A DNA stretch of 22,724 nucleotides, taken from Chiloscyllium plagiosum (Eukaryota). The number at the start of each line of letters is the position of its first letter. The stretch's first letter is position 1. Both the position numbers and the translations under genes were made by a program. The stretch spans positions 32,388,650 to 32,411,373 of the forward strand of contig NC_057720.1 of assembly GCF_004010195.1 (NCBI RefSeq), written 5' to 3'. Shown here piece by piece: positions 1 through 10,458 of the stretch. Under the pieces are notes generated by a model that worked only from the letters and a program-made list of their open reading frames with translations, made no database searches and was not told the origin of the DNA.

Positions 1-1141
1 CACCATACTCTCCTCCAGTTCTTCTGTAATCACTGCCATTTTTGTTTCTTTCCCTAGAGATTATTAGTGAAACAGTTGAGAATTGTATCATTATCTGGTA
101 GCTTTCTACTTCCTTTCATTTGTTTTGGAATCTTTTCAACTAAAATCTTATTTTCTAGATTTAAACTGTCATTTTGCAATTATTACTTCAGATCTTTGAT
201 TTACTGGTTCAGTAAAGTAATCTTGTCACTATGATATCCAACCATCAAGTTTTTCACCCAGAAAATATATCCATTGAGGTCTGTGTGGGAGATTGTGTGT
301 GTTATCTGGATTGTGTGTAATGCTTTGAGCTGCTGTATGCTCTAGAGTGTTCTACATTTTGAGTAAACGTCTTCCAATGCACCGTTATATTCAACTCAGA
401 TACAAATCTGTTAATGAATCTGGAAAAAACATTTATCTGATCATTAACCATTCAATTCTGAATTACTGTTCAAACAAGATGTTGTAGGTAGTTTGTTATC
501 CAACTTTCTAACACTGATGCTCAAGAAGCAAAAACAGGTATGCAAAACCTTATCTTTGAAGATCATTTCTTTTCAGTAGTATGTATTTCCTCTGAAAACA
601 GCATGGCATTTTTCTACATATCCAGTCTTTGTGTAGTTCTGTCATTAGATTTTTTTGATTGAATCCACAAGGTTAGATGTTCACTGGTTAGGTTCTTAAG
701 ACTGGCCATTTTTATTTTCCATTGTTGCTTTTGCAAAAATCTGCCCCAAGGAAAAAAGCCATTAGTTACAACCAAGCACTTTAAGAAATAATGAAATTGA
801 ATACAATGAGTGAATTTTAGCTTAAGATCGAAGTATGTGAATACTTTTGCAGTTTTAACGTGGGTTGTATAAAAGGTACAGCACACTATTTTGCATTTCC
901 GTTGATGCCATGAAATTTGAAGTGTGCCAGAGCTCCCCCCCTTTGTTAGTTCTCTGGTATATCACCCACAGGCATGTGGCTACCTCTCCGTGTTTATACT
1001 GACAATTTCGAACTTTCTCACTCTCTGCCACCAGCCCTGGCTGGAAAGTTACCGATGTACTATCTTAGAGTCTGCCATTAAAGTATCATAACAAATTGGG
1101 TATGTGCTCAGATTCAGAGGCAGCAAAATTAAAATCAGTTA

Positions 1142-1393
1142 AGATTAAAAACAGAAATTGCTGGAAAAACTCGGCGGGTCTGGCAGCGACTGTGGAGAGA
1201 AATCAGAGTTAGTGATTGATGTCGGGTAACGCTTCTTCAGAACTCACGTCTGAGTTCTTCATCAGTTCTTCAGAAGAGTCATTGGATCTGAAACGTTAAC
1301 TGATTTCTATCCACAGATGCTGCCAGACCTGCTGAGTTTTTCCAGCAGTTCTGTTTCTGATTTCCAGCTCTGTAGTTCATATGACTTTTTATG
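1142..1393. mobile_element. Penelope-like element terminal-repeat (pLTR) palindrome, head-to-head, with degenerate hammerhead motifs
   Basis: Left arm aaaacagaaattgctggaaaaactcggcgggtctggcagc..tgtggagagaaatcagagtt is an imperfect reverse complement of the right arm aactgatttctatccacagatgctgccagacctgctgagtttttccagcagttctgttt. Central hairpin agaactca-cgtc-tgagttct at 1239-1258. Flanked by the 9-bp direct repeat aatcagtta (1133-1141, 1394-1402). Related in sequence to the end of the GIY-YIG-bearing element at 22438. Confidence 0.8.
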
Positions 1394-2010
1394 AATCAGT
1401 TATGTGTCATCCATTGAAGTCTGTAATTGTTCATGTTGATAGGATTAAATTATGCCCAAACATGCAAATGCTGTATTTTTACTACTTCTACATCATACCT
1501 GCTGACCTTTAACTTTCCCAATTGACTACTCTAATCTAAATTAATGTCTTCAACATGTTAAGGGTTGAATTCTTGAATATCTTCCTTGTGTTTCCACTAC
1601 TGTGCAGTTTTTAGCTTTTGTTTATGTTCTGTACCCCTGTGCAGGTTCTTGGTGATTATTTATAAAACCATGGCAGAGTGCCATAATTTCTTTTACTATG
1701 GTTAATGTATGGAGACGGGTCCCAAGTTCAAACATTGTATCCCAAGTGTGCCAAGCTCTACTACTTTAAGTTTAACTTTCTTATTTTCTCACCCACTGTG
1801 GTGTTGCCTTCCGTGCTAAAATAAACTTCCTCACAGCAAAGGAATGAGGCTATGTTAAATAATTTGAGGTTACCATTTTTTTCCAACCACACACATTTAC
1901 TAGCATAGTTTTAAAATTATAATTTAAACTGACTCCAGAATTCAGCCATTGAGATTAGCTTTAGGGAGACTATCTGAAATCACTAGGGTTAAAAAGAATG
2001 TACTCATGAT

Positions 2011-2470
2011 GTGACAAGTGGAGTTCCCTGGCAGTTTGTATTGGGACTTCAGCTTTCCATCATATTGTAGTTGCATTGGACAAGAGGTTTATATCTAAAT
2101 TGGGGATAATTGTGTGGATAGGACCAAAAAGTGAATCATCAAGTAGACCAAGTTATGGCAAATGGAATTCAATGAAGGGAAAGCATGAGGTCATCCACTC
2201 TAAATCCAAGAAAGGGAAATGGATGTGCTGTCTTAATTTCAGTGTTGATGTGCACTAGCTCAGTCTCCTGATACAAATGCAGAGGCCTTTTGTGTGTCTA
2301 CATCTGAACCAGAAGGCTCAGGTTCAAGTCCCACATGCTCCAGAAGTGTTTCATAGCACATCTGAAAAGGTTGATTTAAATGATCTACGTGTACAAATGG
2401 AATGTTGGTCTTTATGTCAAACACATCAGAAGTGAAAAGTTAGAGCAATGTTTCAGGTGCACCGAGCCTT
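2011..2470 (+). mobile_element. Old, decayed CR1 LINE RT fragment (interrupted by a SINE)
   Basis: gtgacaagtggagttccc = VTSGVP; tggcaaatggaattcaat...gaggtcatccac = WQMEFN..EVIH; aatggaatgttggtctttat resembles NGMLAFI. These are CR1 ORF2 motifs, with many stops and frameshifts. Confidence 0.65.
2283..2386 (+). mobile_element. Short tRNA-derived SINE
   Basis: Pol III B-box GGTTCAAGTCC at 2321-2331. It sits between two collinear parts of the CR1 fragment. Confidence 0.5.
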
Positions 2471-2728
2471 AGAATCATATGTGCAGAAGAGGCCCGTTGG
2501 CACATTGAGACTGTACAGCCAGAAGACACTATTGCTTATACTATCCCCACTTCCCTGTGCTAGGCCCATACCCTTGAATGTTATGACTCTTCAGGTGCTC
2601 ATCCAAGTAGTTTTTAAAGATTGTGAAGTTTCCTGCCTCAATTACAATCCCAGGCAGTGCATTCCAGACATTCTCTACCCTCTGGGTGAAATGTTTTTTC
2701 TCAAATCCAATCTAAATCTGCCTTTCAT

Positions 2729-2940
2729 GGAATCATAGAATCCCTATCATGTGGAAACAGGCCATTTAGCCCAACAAGTCCACACTGACTCTCGAAGAGC
2801 ATCCCAACCAGACTCTTTATCCCCCTCTCCCCATCCCATCCCTGTAACTCTGCATTTTCTCATGGTTAATCCACCTAGCGTACATATCCCTGGACACTCT
2901 GGGCAATTTAGCATGACCAATGCACCTAACCTGCACATCT
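2729..2940 (-). mobile_element. HE1-type SINE, 3' half
   Basis: Same tail and body as the SINEs at 8898 and 13066 (gtggaaacaggcc..cccaacaagtccacactgac..gggcaatttagcatg). Flanked by tttcat at 2723-2728 and 2941-2946. Confidence 0.85.
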
Positions 2941-3341
2941 TTTCATTTTAAAATTATGCCCTTTTGTTATTGACCCTTTGACTAAGAGGAACAGCTGCTT
3001 TCTATTCACTGTGTCCATGCCCCTCATAATCTTATATTCCTCTGTCAGGCACCCCCTCAACATTCTGTGCTTCAAAGAAAAGAACCCAAGCTTATCCAAG
3101 CTCTTTTCACAGTGGAAGTGCTCCATCCCAGGCAACATCTTTTGCATTCCCTCCACTGCAATCACATTTTCTTATAGTGTGGTGACCAGCACTGCACATA
3201 GTATTCCAGCTATGGCTGAGCCAAAGTACTGTACAGCTCCAGAGAGACCTCCCTGTTGTTATAATCAATGCCATGATTGAAAAAGGCAAGCATCCTGTAT
3301 GCCTATTGATTTGGCCAGCCACTTTCAACTATCTATGGACA

Positions 3342-3472
3342 TGATGTGGAGGAACTGGTGTTGGACTGGGGTGGACAAAGTTAAAAATCATACAACACCA
3401 GGTATAGTCCAACAGGTTTATTTGGAAAGCTACTGCTAGTGCTATAACCTGGTGTTGTGTGACTTTTAACTT
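3342..3472. mobile_element. Inverted-repeat insert, probably a second Penelope-like pLTR family with the centre deleted
   Basis: aaagttaaaaatcatacaacaccaggtatag pairs with ctataacctggtgttgtgtgacttttaacttt. 12-bp flanking repeat tatct(a/g)tggaca at 3330-3341 and 3473-3484. Residual gaaagcta in the centre. The PLE assignment is from family recognition. Confidence 0.65.
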
Positions 3473-3825
3473 TATCTGTGGACAAGCGCCCCAAGGCCCC
3501 TCTGTTTCTCTGAACTTCATAGTGTCTGCCATTCGTTGAGTACTTGATCTTTCTTCCAAAGTACATCACCTCACACTTATCAAGATTAAATTCCATGTAC
3601 CACTGATCTGCCCGTCTGATCAATCTATTTATATGCTCCTGTAACCTAACATTTTCCTCCTCTGTCAACCACCCAGCCAGTCTTTGTGTTATCCGCAATC
3701 TTCTTACTTATCATCCTCCCCCATTTTGCTCTCCATTATTTATGAATATTTCAAACAATAAGGGACCTAGCACTGATCTCTATGGAACAACACTGCACAC
3801 CAGGCTCCAGTTATGCCAACAGCGA

Positions 3826-4310
3826 TCTGAAACACAAAAAGAAAATCCTGGAGAAATTCAGCAGGTTTGGCACCATTTATGGAGAGAAAATTGCAGAAGG
3901 ATCCCTCCCGGGGAGGGATCCCCACCCAGATACCTCAGCAATCTCTCTTCACTTGGATAATGTACTGCTTTATTTCTATTTTCCCACAATATACTTCATT
4001 TATCAAGTCGTTGCACACTCCTTTAACCTATCTATATTCCATTGTAGCTCCTTATGCCCCTTTTCACAGCTTCCATTCTGATCTATTTTGTGTCATCATC
4101 CGGAGTACTGCATTTGATTTTGACACCAATTCAGAGGAAAGATATGAAAGCAAAGCCAATGGATGTTTGAAATCTGAAATCAAAACAGAAGATTCTGGGG
4201 GTACTCAACAGGTCAGAGATCATCCAATTATTGATCCAGTAGGATAATTCTTCCTCCATTGGTGATGCCTGACCTGATAACTTTTTCCAGCATTTTATAT
4301 CTCTATTTTA
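3826..4310. mobile_element. Highly decayed PLE terminal-repeat remnants
   Basis: gaaaatcctggagaaattcagcaggtttggcaccatttatggagaga (about 3841), aaacagaagattctgggggtactcaacaggtcag (about 4183) and gatgcctgacctgataactttttccagcattt (about 4264) resemble the arms of the 1142-1393 element. Confidence 0.5.
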
Positions 4311-5044
4311 GAAAATATATTTTTCCTTGGAAAGAAGCCAGTGCATATCAATGCTTCAGTTTATCATAAACAATCAATTTATGAGAACAGTTTGCATTCC
4401 CTTGAATTGAGAAAATGGCGAATTAATTCAATAGAGGTGTCTGTGGTCATTTATCATCTCCGACAGTCTGTCCCATCAGTTGCTCAGCCAGCCAGCCATC
4501 TCTTTTCACCCCCACCCTGGTCTTGGGGTTGTGGTAACTTTTGTAGACCACAGGCTGCATGTTAGATGGGCCTCGTCCTCTGCCTTGATTTTTAAATTTA
4601 CAACTCAATTGTCAAGAAGTTTACTTTTTATTAGATGCTTCTTTATACACTTTTTCATTGTATTTTTCACTTAATTTTTTTTCAGTTTTATGTCTTTATT
4701 TTGGTCTGGTTTGATATTCTTCAGACTCTACATTTGAGGCAATACATGGCTATTACAAAGATCCCAAATACTTTCTTGTTACCCATTTCCCAATTGTAAC
4801 AACTCTCCATGACAAAGCTCTCCAAAGTGAAATTGGCAAGACCAAGTCTAACGAACAGCAGTGGACTTGTGTATGTAACTTCAGTTTATTACTAAGTGTT
4901 CCAGTACCGATGGCCTGATGGTCTGTTCCTTCAAAAAAAGGCAACATCTATGGATCATTAGTTGTTCACATCAGTGTTCATTCATGTTTGAAGCATAAAC
5001 ATTGTCTACTATATTTTTATCTTGTGATAAAGGAAAAAAATAAA

Positions 5045-5148
5045 TAAAAACAAAATCAGAAGTTTCCGGAAAAGATCAGCGGATCTGGTAGCATCAATGA
5101 AGAGAGATCAAAGTTAATGTTTTCGGTCCGGTGACCCTTCTCTCCAGA
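5045..5148 (-). mobile_element. Single PLE terminus with degenerate hammerhead
   Basis: Resembles the left arm of 1142-1393. The minus strand reads CUGGAGAGA-A-GGGUC-accg-GACC-GAAAA-CAUU-AACU. Confidence 0.65.
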
Positions 5149-5505
5149 TAGAACATAATGCAGCTCAATTTTGATGTCTCTGCATTAAAGATTTGGTTTT
5201 AAGAAACAAATGGAAAATTGAGTGGTATACGAAGATCAAAGAGTAGATGGTTTTGTTGGAGATGTTATCAGTATTTGTGAGAAGCATCAGTACTAAATGC
5301 CTTATTATACATATGTTAGTCATCAGTGTACGTATGAAATGACATCATCTTTAAAAGGCTGCAGAGTTTGACCTCCCAGCTAGCAATTCAATTTTCTTTG
5401 TAGTATTCTTGTGCTTCAAACCTTTTAACTAAAATTAATAAAGATTCAAACTCATTTGTAAAAGTATATGTTTATCTTTACTCTGCAGTATTTTTTCGGA
5501 AATTG

Positions 5506-6316
5506 CATGTTAATTTAGGTAAAGGTGAGGTATTTCATTTTGGTAAGGTAAATCAAGCAGGACTTATACACTTAATGATAGGGTCTGAGCAGTATTGCTG
5601 AACAAAGAAACCTTGGAGTGCAGGTTCATAGTTCCTTGAAGGTGAAGTTGCAGATAGATAGGATAGTAAAAACGGTGTTTGGTACACATGCCTTTATTGG
5701 TCAGTGCATTGAGTGTCGGAGTTGAGATGTCGTATTGTGGCTATCCAGGACATTGGTTAGGCCACTTTTGGAACACTGCATTCAGTTCTGGTCTTTCTGC
5801 TATGGGAAAGATGTTGTGAAACTTGAAAGGGTGCAGAAAAGAATTATAAGGATGTTGCCAGGGTTGGCAGGTTTGAATTACAGGGAGAGGCTGAATACAT
5901 GGAGGCTATTTTCCCTGAAGCATCAGAGGCTGAAGGGTGATCTTATAAAAGTTTATAAAATCATGAGGGGCATGGATAAGGTGAATAGACAAGGTATTTG
6001 CCCTGGTGCGGGGGTGTCTAGAACTAGAGGGCATAGGTTTAAGGTGAGAGGGGAAAGATATAAAAGGGATCTAAGGAGCAACATTTTTCACACAAAATGT
6101 GTTGTGTTATAGAATGAGTTACCAGAGGAAGTGGTGGAGGCTGGTATAATTACAACATTTAAAAGGCATCTAGATGGGTACATGAATAGGAAAGTTTTAT
6201 TGGGAATTAGGCCAAATGCTGACAATTGGGACTAGATTAATTTTGGATATCTGATCGGCATAGACTCGTTGGACAGAAGGGCCTGTTTCTGTGCTGTACA
6301 ACTCTATGACTCTATA
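5506..6316 (+). mobile_element. HER1-type CR1 LINE, 5'-truncated
   Basis: ORF 5735-6112 contains LVRPLLEHCIQFWS..LERVQKR..RLKGDLIKVYKIMRG. The 3' end gggcctgtttctgtgctgtaca is followed by an (actctatg) repeat tail. Confidence 0.93.
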
Positions 6317-6777
6317 TTAAATGAAGTGATGTGTTACATCAGGTGATCAGTTTCAGATATTTCTTTATCAATTTTATGCTTTTATACACCTGTCACTTTG
6401 ATGTTCTATCTATGACACCTAGCATTCCTCAATGAGATTTCAAGCAAGAACTTATTCCCAAACCTAGAGCAACGTTGCATGTTAAGCATTTTATGTTGCT
6501 TTTCATGCACGGTAGTGAATTAACTCTGCTCATTATTCCTGCTCCAGACAGCCTGGTTGAGATCAAGGAACCCACCATATGGGAACTATGAGCGAGCATG
6601 CACAGTCAACCAATTGTCTCTGATGCACTGTACCAAAACCACTGCATTACCTTGATCTTTTTATTATTTTTCTTTAAATTTGGTATACAAAATAGTTTGA
6701 ATCCAATATTTTAATCATTACATTAAAACAAAAAATGTGTTTCAGTGATCTGTATGTTCCACAAACCAGAAATAATA

Positions 6778-8490
6778 CATAGAGTGATAGAGATCGACGG
6801 CACAGGAAAAGGCCCTTCGGCCCCTTGCATCCCCGCCAATTAAAAACAACTGCAATCGTTCTAAGCCGATTTTCCAGCACTTGGCCCATAGCCTTGTATG
6901 CTTTGGCATCACAGTGCACATCTAAATGCTTTTTAAATGTTATGAGGGTTTCTGTTTCTATCACCCTTACAAGTAGGGTGTTCCACATTCCCGCCACCCT
7001 CTGGGTGAATAAGTTTTGCTCACATCTCCCCTCAATCCTCTGCCTCTTACTTTAAATTGGTTCAACCTGGTCATTGATTCTCTATCAAGGAGAAAAGTTT
7101 CTTCCTGTCTACCCTGTCTATGCACCTTATGTTTATGCCACAATCATTTCCCATCTCAAGCTTTTTTGCTGACAGGAAAACAACGCTCGTCTGTCCAGTA
7201 TCTCCTCTTAATGGAAACTCTCCAGCCTAAGCAATACCCTGGGAAATCTCCTCTGCACCCTCTCCACTGCTGTAACGTCCCTCTTTTGATATGAATTTCA
7301 GAACTGCGCACAGTATCTTAGCTGTGGCTTAACCAATGTTTTATACAGTTCCAGAGGCAGCACGGTGGCTCAGTGGTTAGTATTGCTGCCTCATAGCACC
7401 AGGAACCTGGTTTTGATTCCACCCTTGGGCAACTGTCTGTGTGCAGTTTGCACGTTCTCCCCATGTCTGTGTAGGTTTCCTCCCACTGTCCAGAAATGTG
7501 CAGGCTAGCTGATTTAGCCATGCTCAATTACCCATAGTAACCAGGGATGTACAGGCTAGGTGGATTAGCTGTGGGAAATAGGGTGGTGGTGGTGTGGCTG
7601 GACGGGATGCTCTTCACAAGGCTGGTGTGGGCTAGATGGGGCGAATGCCCTGCTTGCACACTGTAGGGATTCGATGAATCTGTGATTCTATAACCTGTCT
7701 GCTCTTAAACTCTATGCCTTGGCTAATAAAGACGACTCTATACCATATGCCATCTTCACACTTTATACACCTGCCCTGATACTTTAAGGGACTGGTGTAC
7801 ATGTGCACCAAGCTTCCTCTGATTCCTGGTGCTTCCCAGGGGCCTACGGTTCAGCACGTCTTCCCTTGCCTTGTTTGTCCTGCCCAAGTGCATCACCTCA
7901 CATTTATCTGGATTGAATTCCATTTGCCACTGATCAGCCCATCTGATCAGCGTGTCTATATCCTCCTGTAATCTAAGGTTATCCTCTTCACTATTTACAC
8001 CCCACCAATTTTTGTCTCACCTGCAAACGTACTGATCAACCTTGCTACATTCAAGTCTAAATCATTACATAAACAGCAAAGGCCCAACACTGACCCCTGT
8101 GGGAACCTACTGGACATGGACTTACAGTCCATAAAACTCCCCTTGGACATCACCCTGTGCAACCTACCCTCGCCCAATTGTGGATTCAATTTGCTAAATT
8201 TTCATGGATGCCATGGCCTGCCACCTTTATTATCTGTCTCCCACACAGGACGTTAACAAAAGTCTTGCTGAAGATGGTAAATCTTTTCTAAACACGTCAA
8301 TTCAAAAAGTGCAATCAAGTTGATCAGATATGAGTCTCCTGAAGAAAAATTTGTTGACTGTTCTTGATTAAGTTTTGCTTCTCCAAATACAGATCAGTTC
8401 TGACCTCAGAATTGCTTCCAATAGTTTCCCCACCATCAAAACTAAACTGACTGGCCTGTAGATTTCTAGTTTATCCCTTCCTCCCTTTTT
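6778..8490 (-). mobile_element. CR1 LINE RT region and 3' UTR, split by a SINE
   Basis: Minus-strand peptides PQGSVLG..NDLDLNV..ISTFAGETKIGG and WNTL..IETETLITFKKHLD. Tail near 6780. Confidence 0.9.
7354..7688 (+). mobile_element. HE1-type tRNA-derived SINE, full length
   Basis: A-box TGGCTCAGTGG at 7366-7376, degenerate B-box at about 7409-7420, CR1-like tail cacactgtagggattc. Confidence 0.9.
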
Positions 8491-8656
8491 AAGTCATCTC
8501 TAGAATCATCTCCACATCTCTAGACTCTGAAAATACCTACCCACTGTCTTCAATTTTTTGTAGCTATAGTCATCTTATCCCTAATTGAATGAAGCTGGTT
8601 TATCATTTTAGTTTTACTATACTTATATTTTTCTCTGGTCTCCATTAGTTCGACAT

Positions 8657-9279
8657 GTGGGACAATCAAGAAGGAGAGATCATAGTTTTAGGGTAAGGGG
8701 TATCAGATTTAAAACTGATGAGAAATTACTTCTCTCAGAGGGTCATGAAACTGTGAAATTTACTCACCCCAGTGCCAGAACATTGAGTAAATTGAAGGAG
8801 GAGATGGACAGATTTTTAATTAGCTGTGGATTGAAAGGGTAGGGAGAGTGGGCAGGAAAATAGAATTGAGGTTGGGATGAGATCAACTTTGATTCTAGGG
8901 GGCACAGTGGCTCAGTGGTTAGCACTGCTGCCTCACAGTGCCAGGGACCCGGGTTCAATTCCAGCCTCAGGCAACTGTCTGTGTGGAGTTTGCACATTCT
9001 CCCTGTGTCTGCGTGGGTTTCCTCCAGGTGCTCCGGTTTCCTCCCACAGTCCAAAGATGTGCAGATCAGGTGAATTGGTCATGCTAAATTGCACATAGAC
9101 TTAGGTGCATTAGTCAGGGGGAATGGGTCTGGGTGGGTTGCTCTTCGGAATGTCAGTGTGGACTTGTTGGGCCGAAGGGCTGTTTCCACACTCTGGGGAA
9201 TCTAATCTAATCTAAATAGTGTAACAGGCTCAAAAGGCTGAATTCCTCGCTCACACTCCTACTTAAAGTTCTTATGTTC
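8657..9279 (+). mobile_element. CR1 3' end, interrupted by a SINE
   Basis: SRRRDHSFRVRG..LSKLKEEMDRFL is a CR1 ORF2 C-terminus. The UTR resumes after the SINE (aggctcaaaaggctgaat..ctcctac..ttcttatgttc). Confidence 0.8.
8898..9215 (+). mobile_element. HE1-type tRNA-derived SINE, full length
   Basis: A-box TGGCTCAGTGG at 8908-8918, B-box GGTTCAATTCC at 8952-8962, HER1-like 3' end gggccgaagggctgtttccacact, (aatct)n tail. Confidence 0.95.
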
Positions 9280-10458
9280 AGTATCAGGATCACTGTGCAG
9301 TCTTGTAACAAATTTATTCCAGTTTTCTGACATAATGAACTTAAACCAGTTTGATGGTCCACTATGATGTCGATTATGTGTGTTTTTCCACTTGAGGTAC
9401 TGTCAGTCAAGGTCCATTCATTTGCTGATTCCAAACTGACCAAATTACAGGATCTGTCTTCAATTGTGTGTCTAGATGTTACTTAAGCACTTATGTATCT
9501 ATGGTGCATTATTTTTTACTTCCTCTGTTGTTTAAGTTTGCTGTAGAATTTGGCAGGTCCACTGTACTGTACACCTTGTTAGTTAAATTGGCCATCAAAC
9601 TAAGAACATTTTTGAACTGCATCAAATGGTTAGAGCACTGAAAGAGGCCAATTGGCCCATCTGTGTGCTCCCTCTCTGTTAGAGCTAGTTGTCCTGACAT
9701 CCTGGCCCCGTACCCTTGCAAATTATTTTTTTCAAATAATTATCCAATTCCCCCTTGAAAACCAGGATTGAATTTGCCTCCACCGCACTCTCAGACAGTG
9801 GATTCCAGATCCTAACCACAGACTGCATTTTAAAGTTTTTTTCCTTATGTCATTTTGGTTCTTTCCCATTCAGCTATAATCAGTCTCTTCTGGGTCTTGA
9901 TTCTTCCTTTTTAATTTTTTTATCCCTATCTGTTCAAACCAGACTTCTTATGATTTTGATCAAACCATCCTTTTGCAAGTTCAAAATAACTTCCTTGTTT
10001 TTGTACATGTTGCCCCATATATAAGCCTAGAATCCTGAATACTGGATTAACTATTTTCTGATCCTGTCCTGCCCACTACAGAACTATGTGCACATGTTCC
10101 AGATACCTCTGCTGACTTTCCCCACCCACCCCCTAAGAAATGTATCCGGTTAATTTTGGCTTTGATTATTGTTTTTGAAACTTTGACATGACTGAGATTA
10201 AACTGACTGTCCTGTATTTGCTGGGCTTACCATTGCACTTTCTTTTGAACATAGGCGGAAAATTTGTGATTCTTCAGTCTTCTGGTAGTACTCACTAATC
10301 TAAAGAACCTTGGAAGCTGATGCCATCATGATCCTTTGGATGCATCACATCTTATCCTGGGGGACTTAGCAACTTCAAACTTAATCAGCCATCCCAAATA
10401 TTTTTATGAATTTTTAGTCCATCTTGTATCCTATCTTGTTCCTCATTAACTATGATTT

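Larger units (their letters stand above)
2470..3825 (-). mobile_element. 5'-truncated CR1 LINE (RT C-terminus plus 3' UTR) with nested SINE and PLE inserts
   Basis: Minus ORFs give LQEHINRLIRRADQWYMEFNLDKCEVMYFG and LGFFSLKHRMLRGCLTEEYKIMRG, typical of CR1 ORF2. The 3' tail is at about 2470. Confidence 0.9.

Noticed and set aside
5735..6112. 125-aa ORF as a host gene
   Set aside because: It is CR1 ORF2 C-terminal sequence inside a truncated LINE. The same applies to the ORFs at 10787-11642, 14668-14931, 2926-3165 and 3381-3698.
8898..8970. tRNA gene
   Set aside because: A and B boxes are present but continue into SINE body and LINE-derived tail, so this is a SINE head.
8764..9054. Similar ORFs (RKPEHLEETHADTGRMCKLHTDSC) at 7318, 8764 and 13184 as a gene family
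   Set aside because: They are antisense translations of HE1-type SINE copies.
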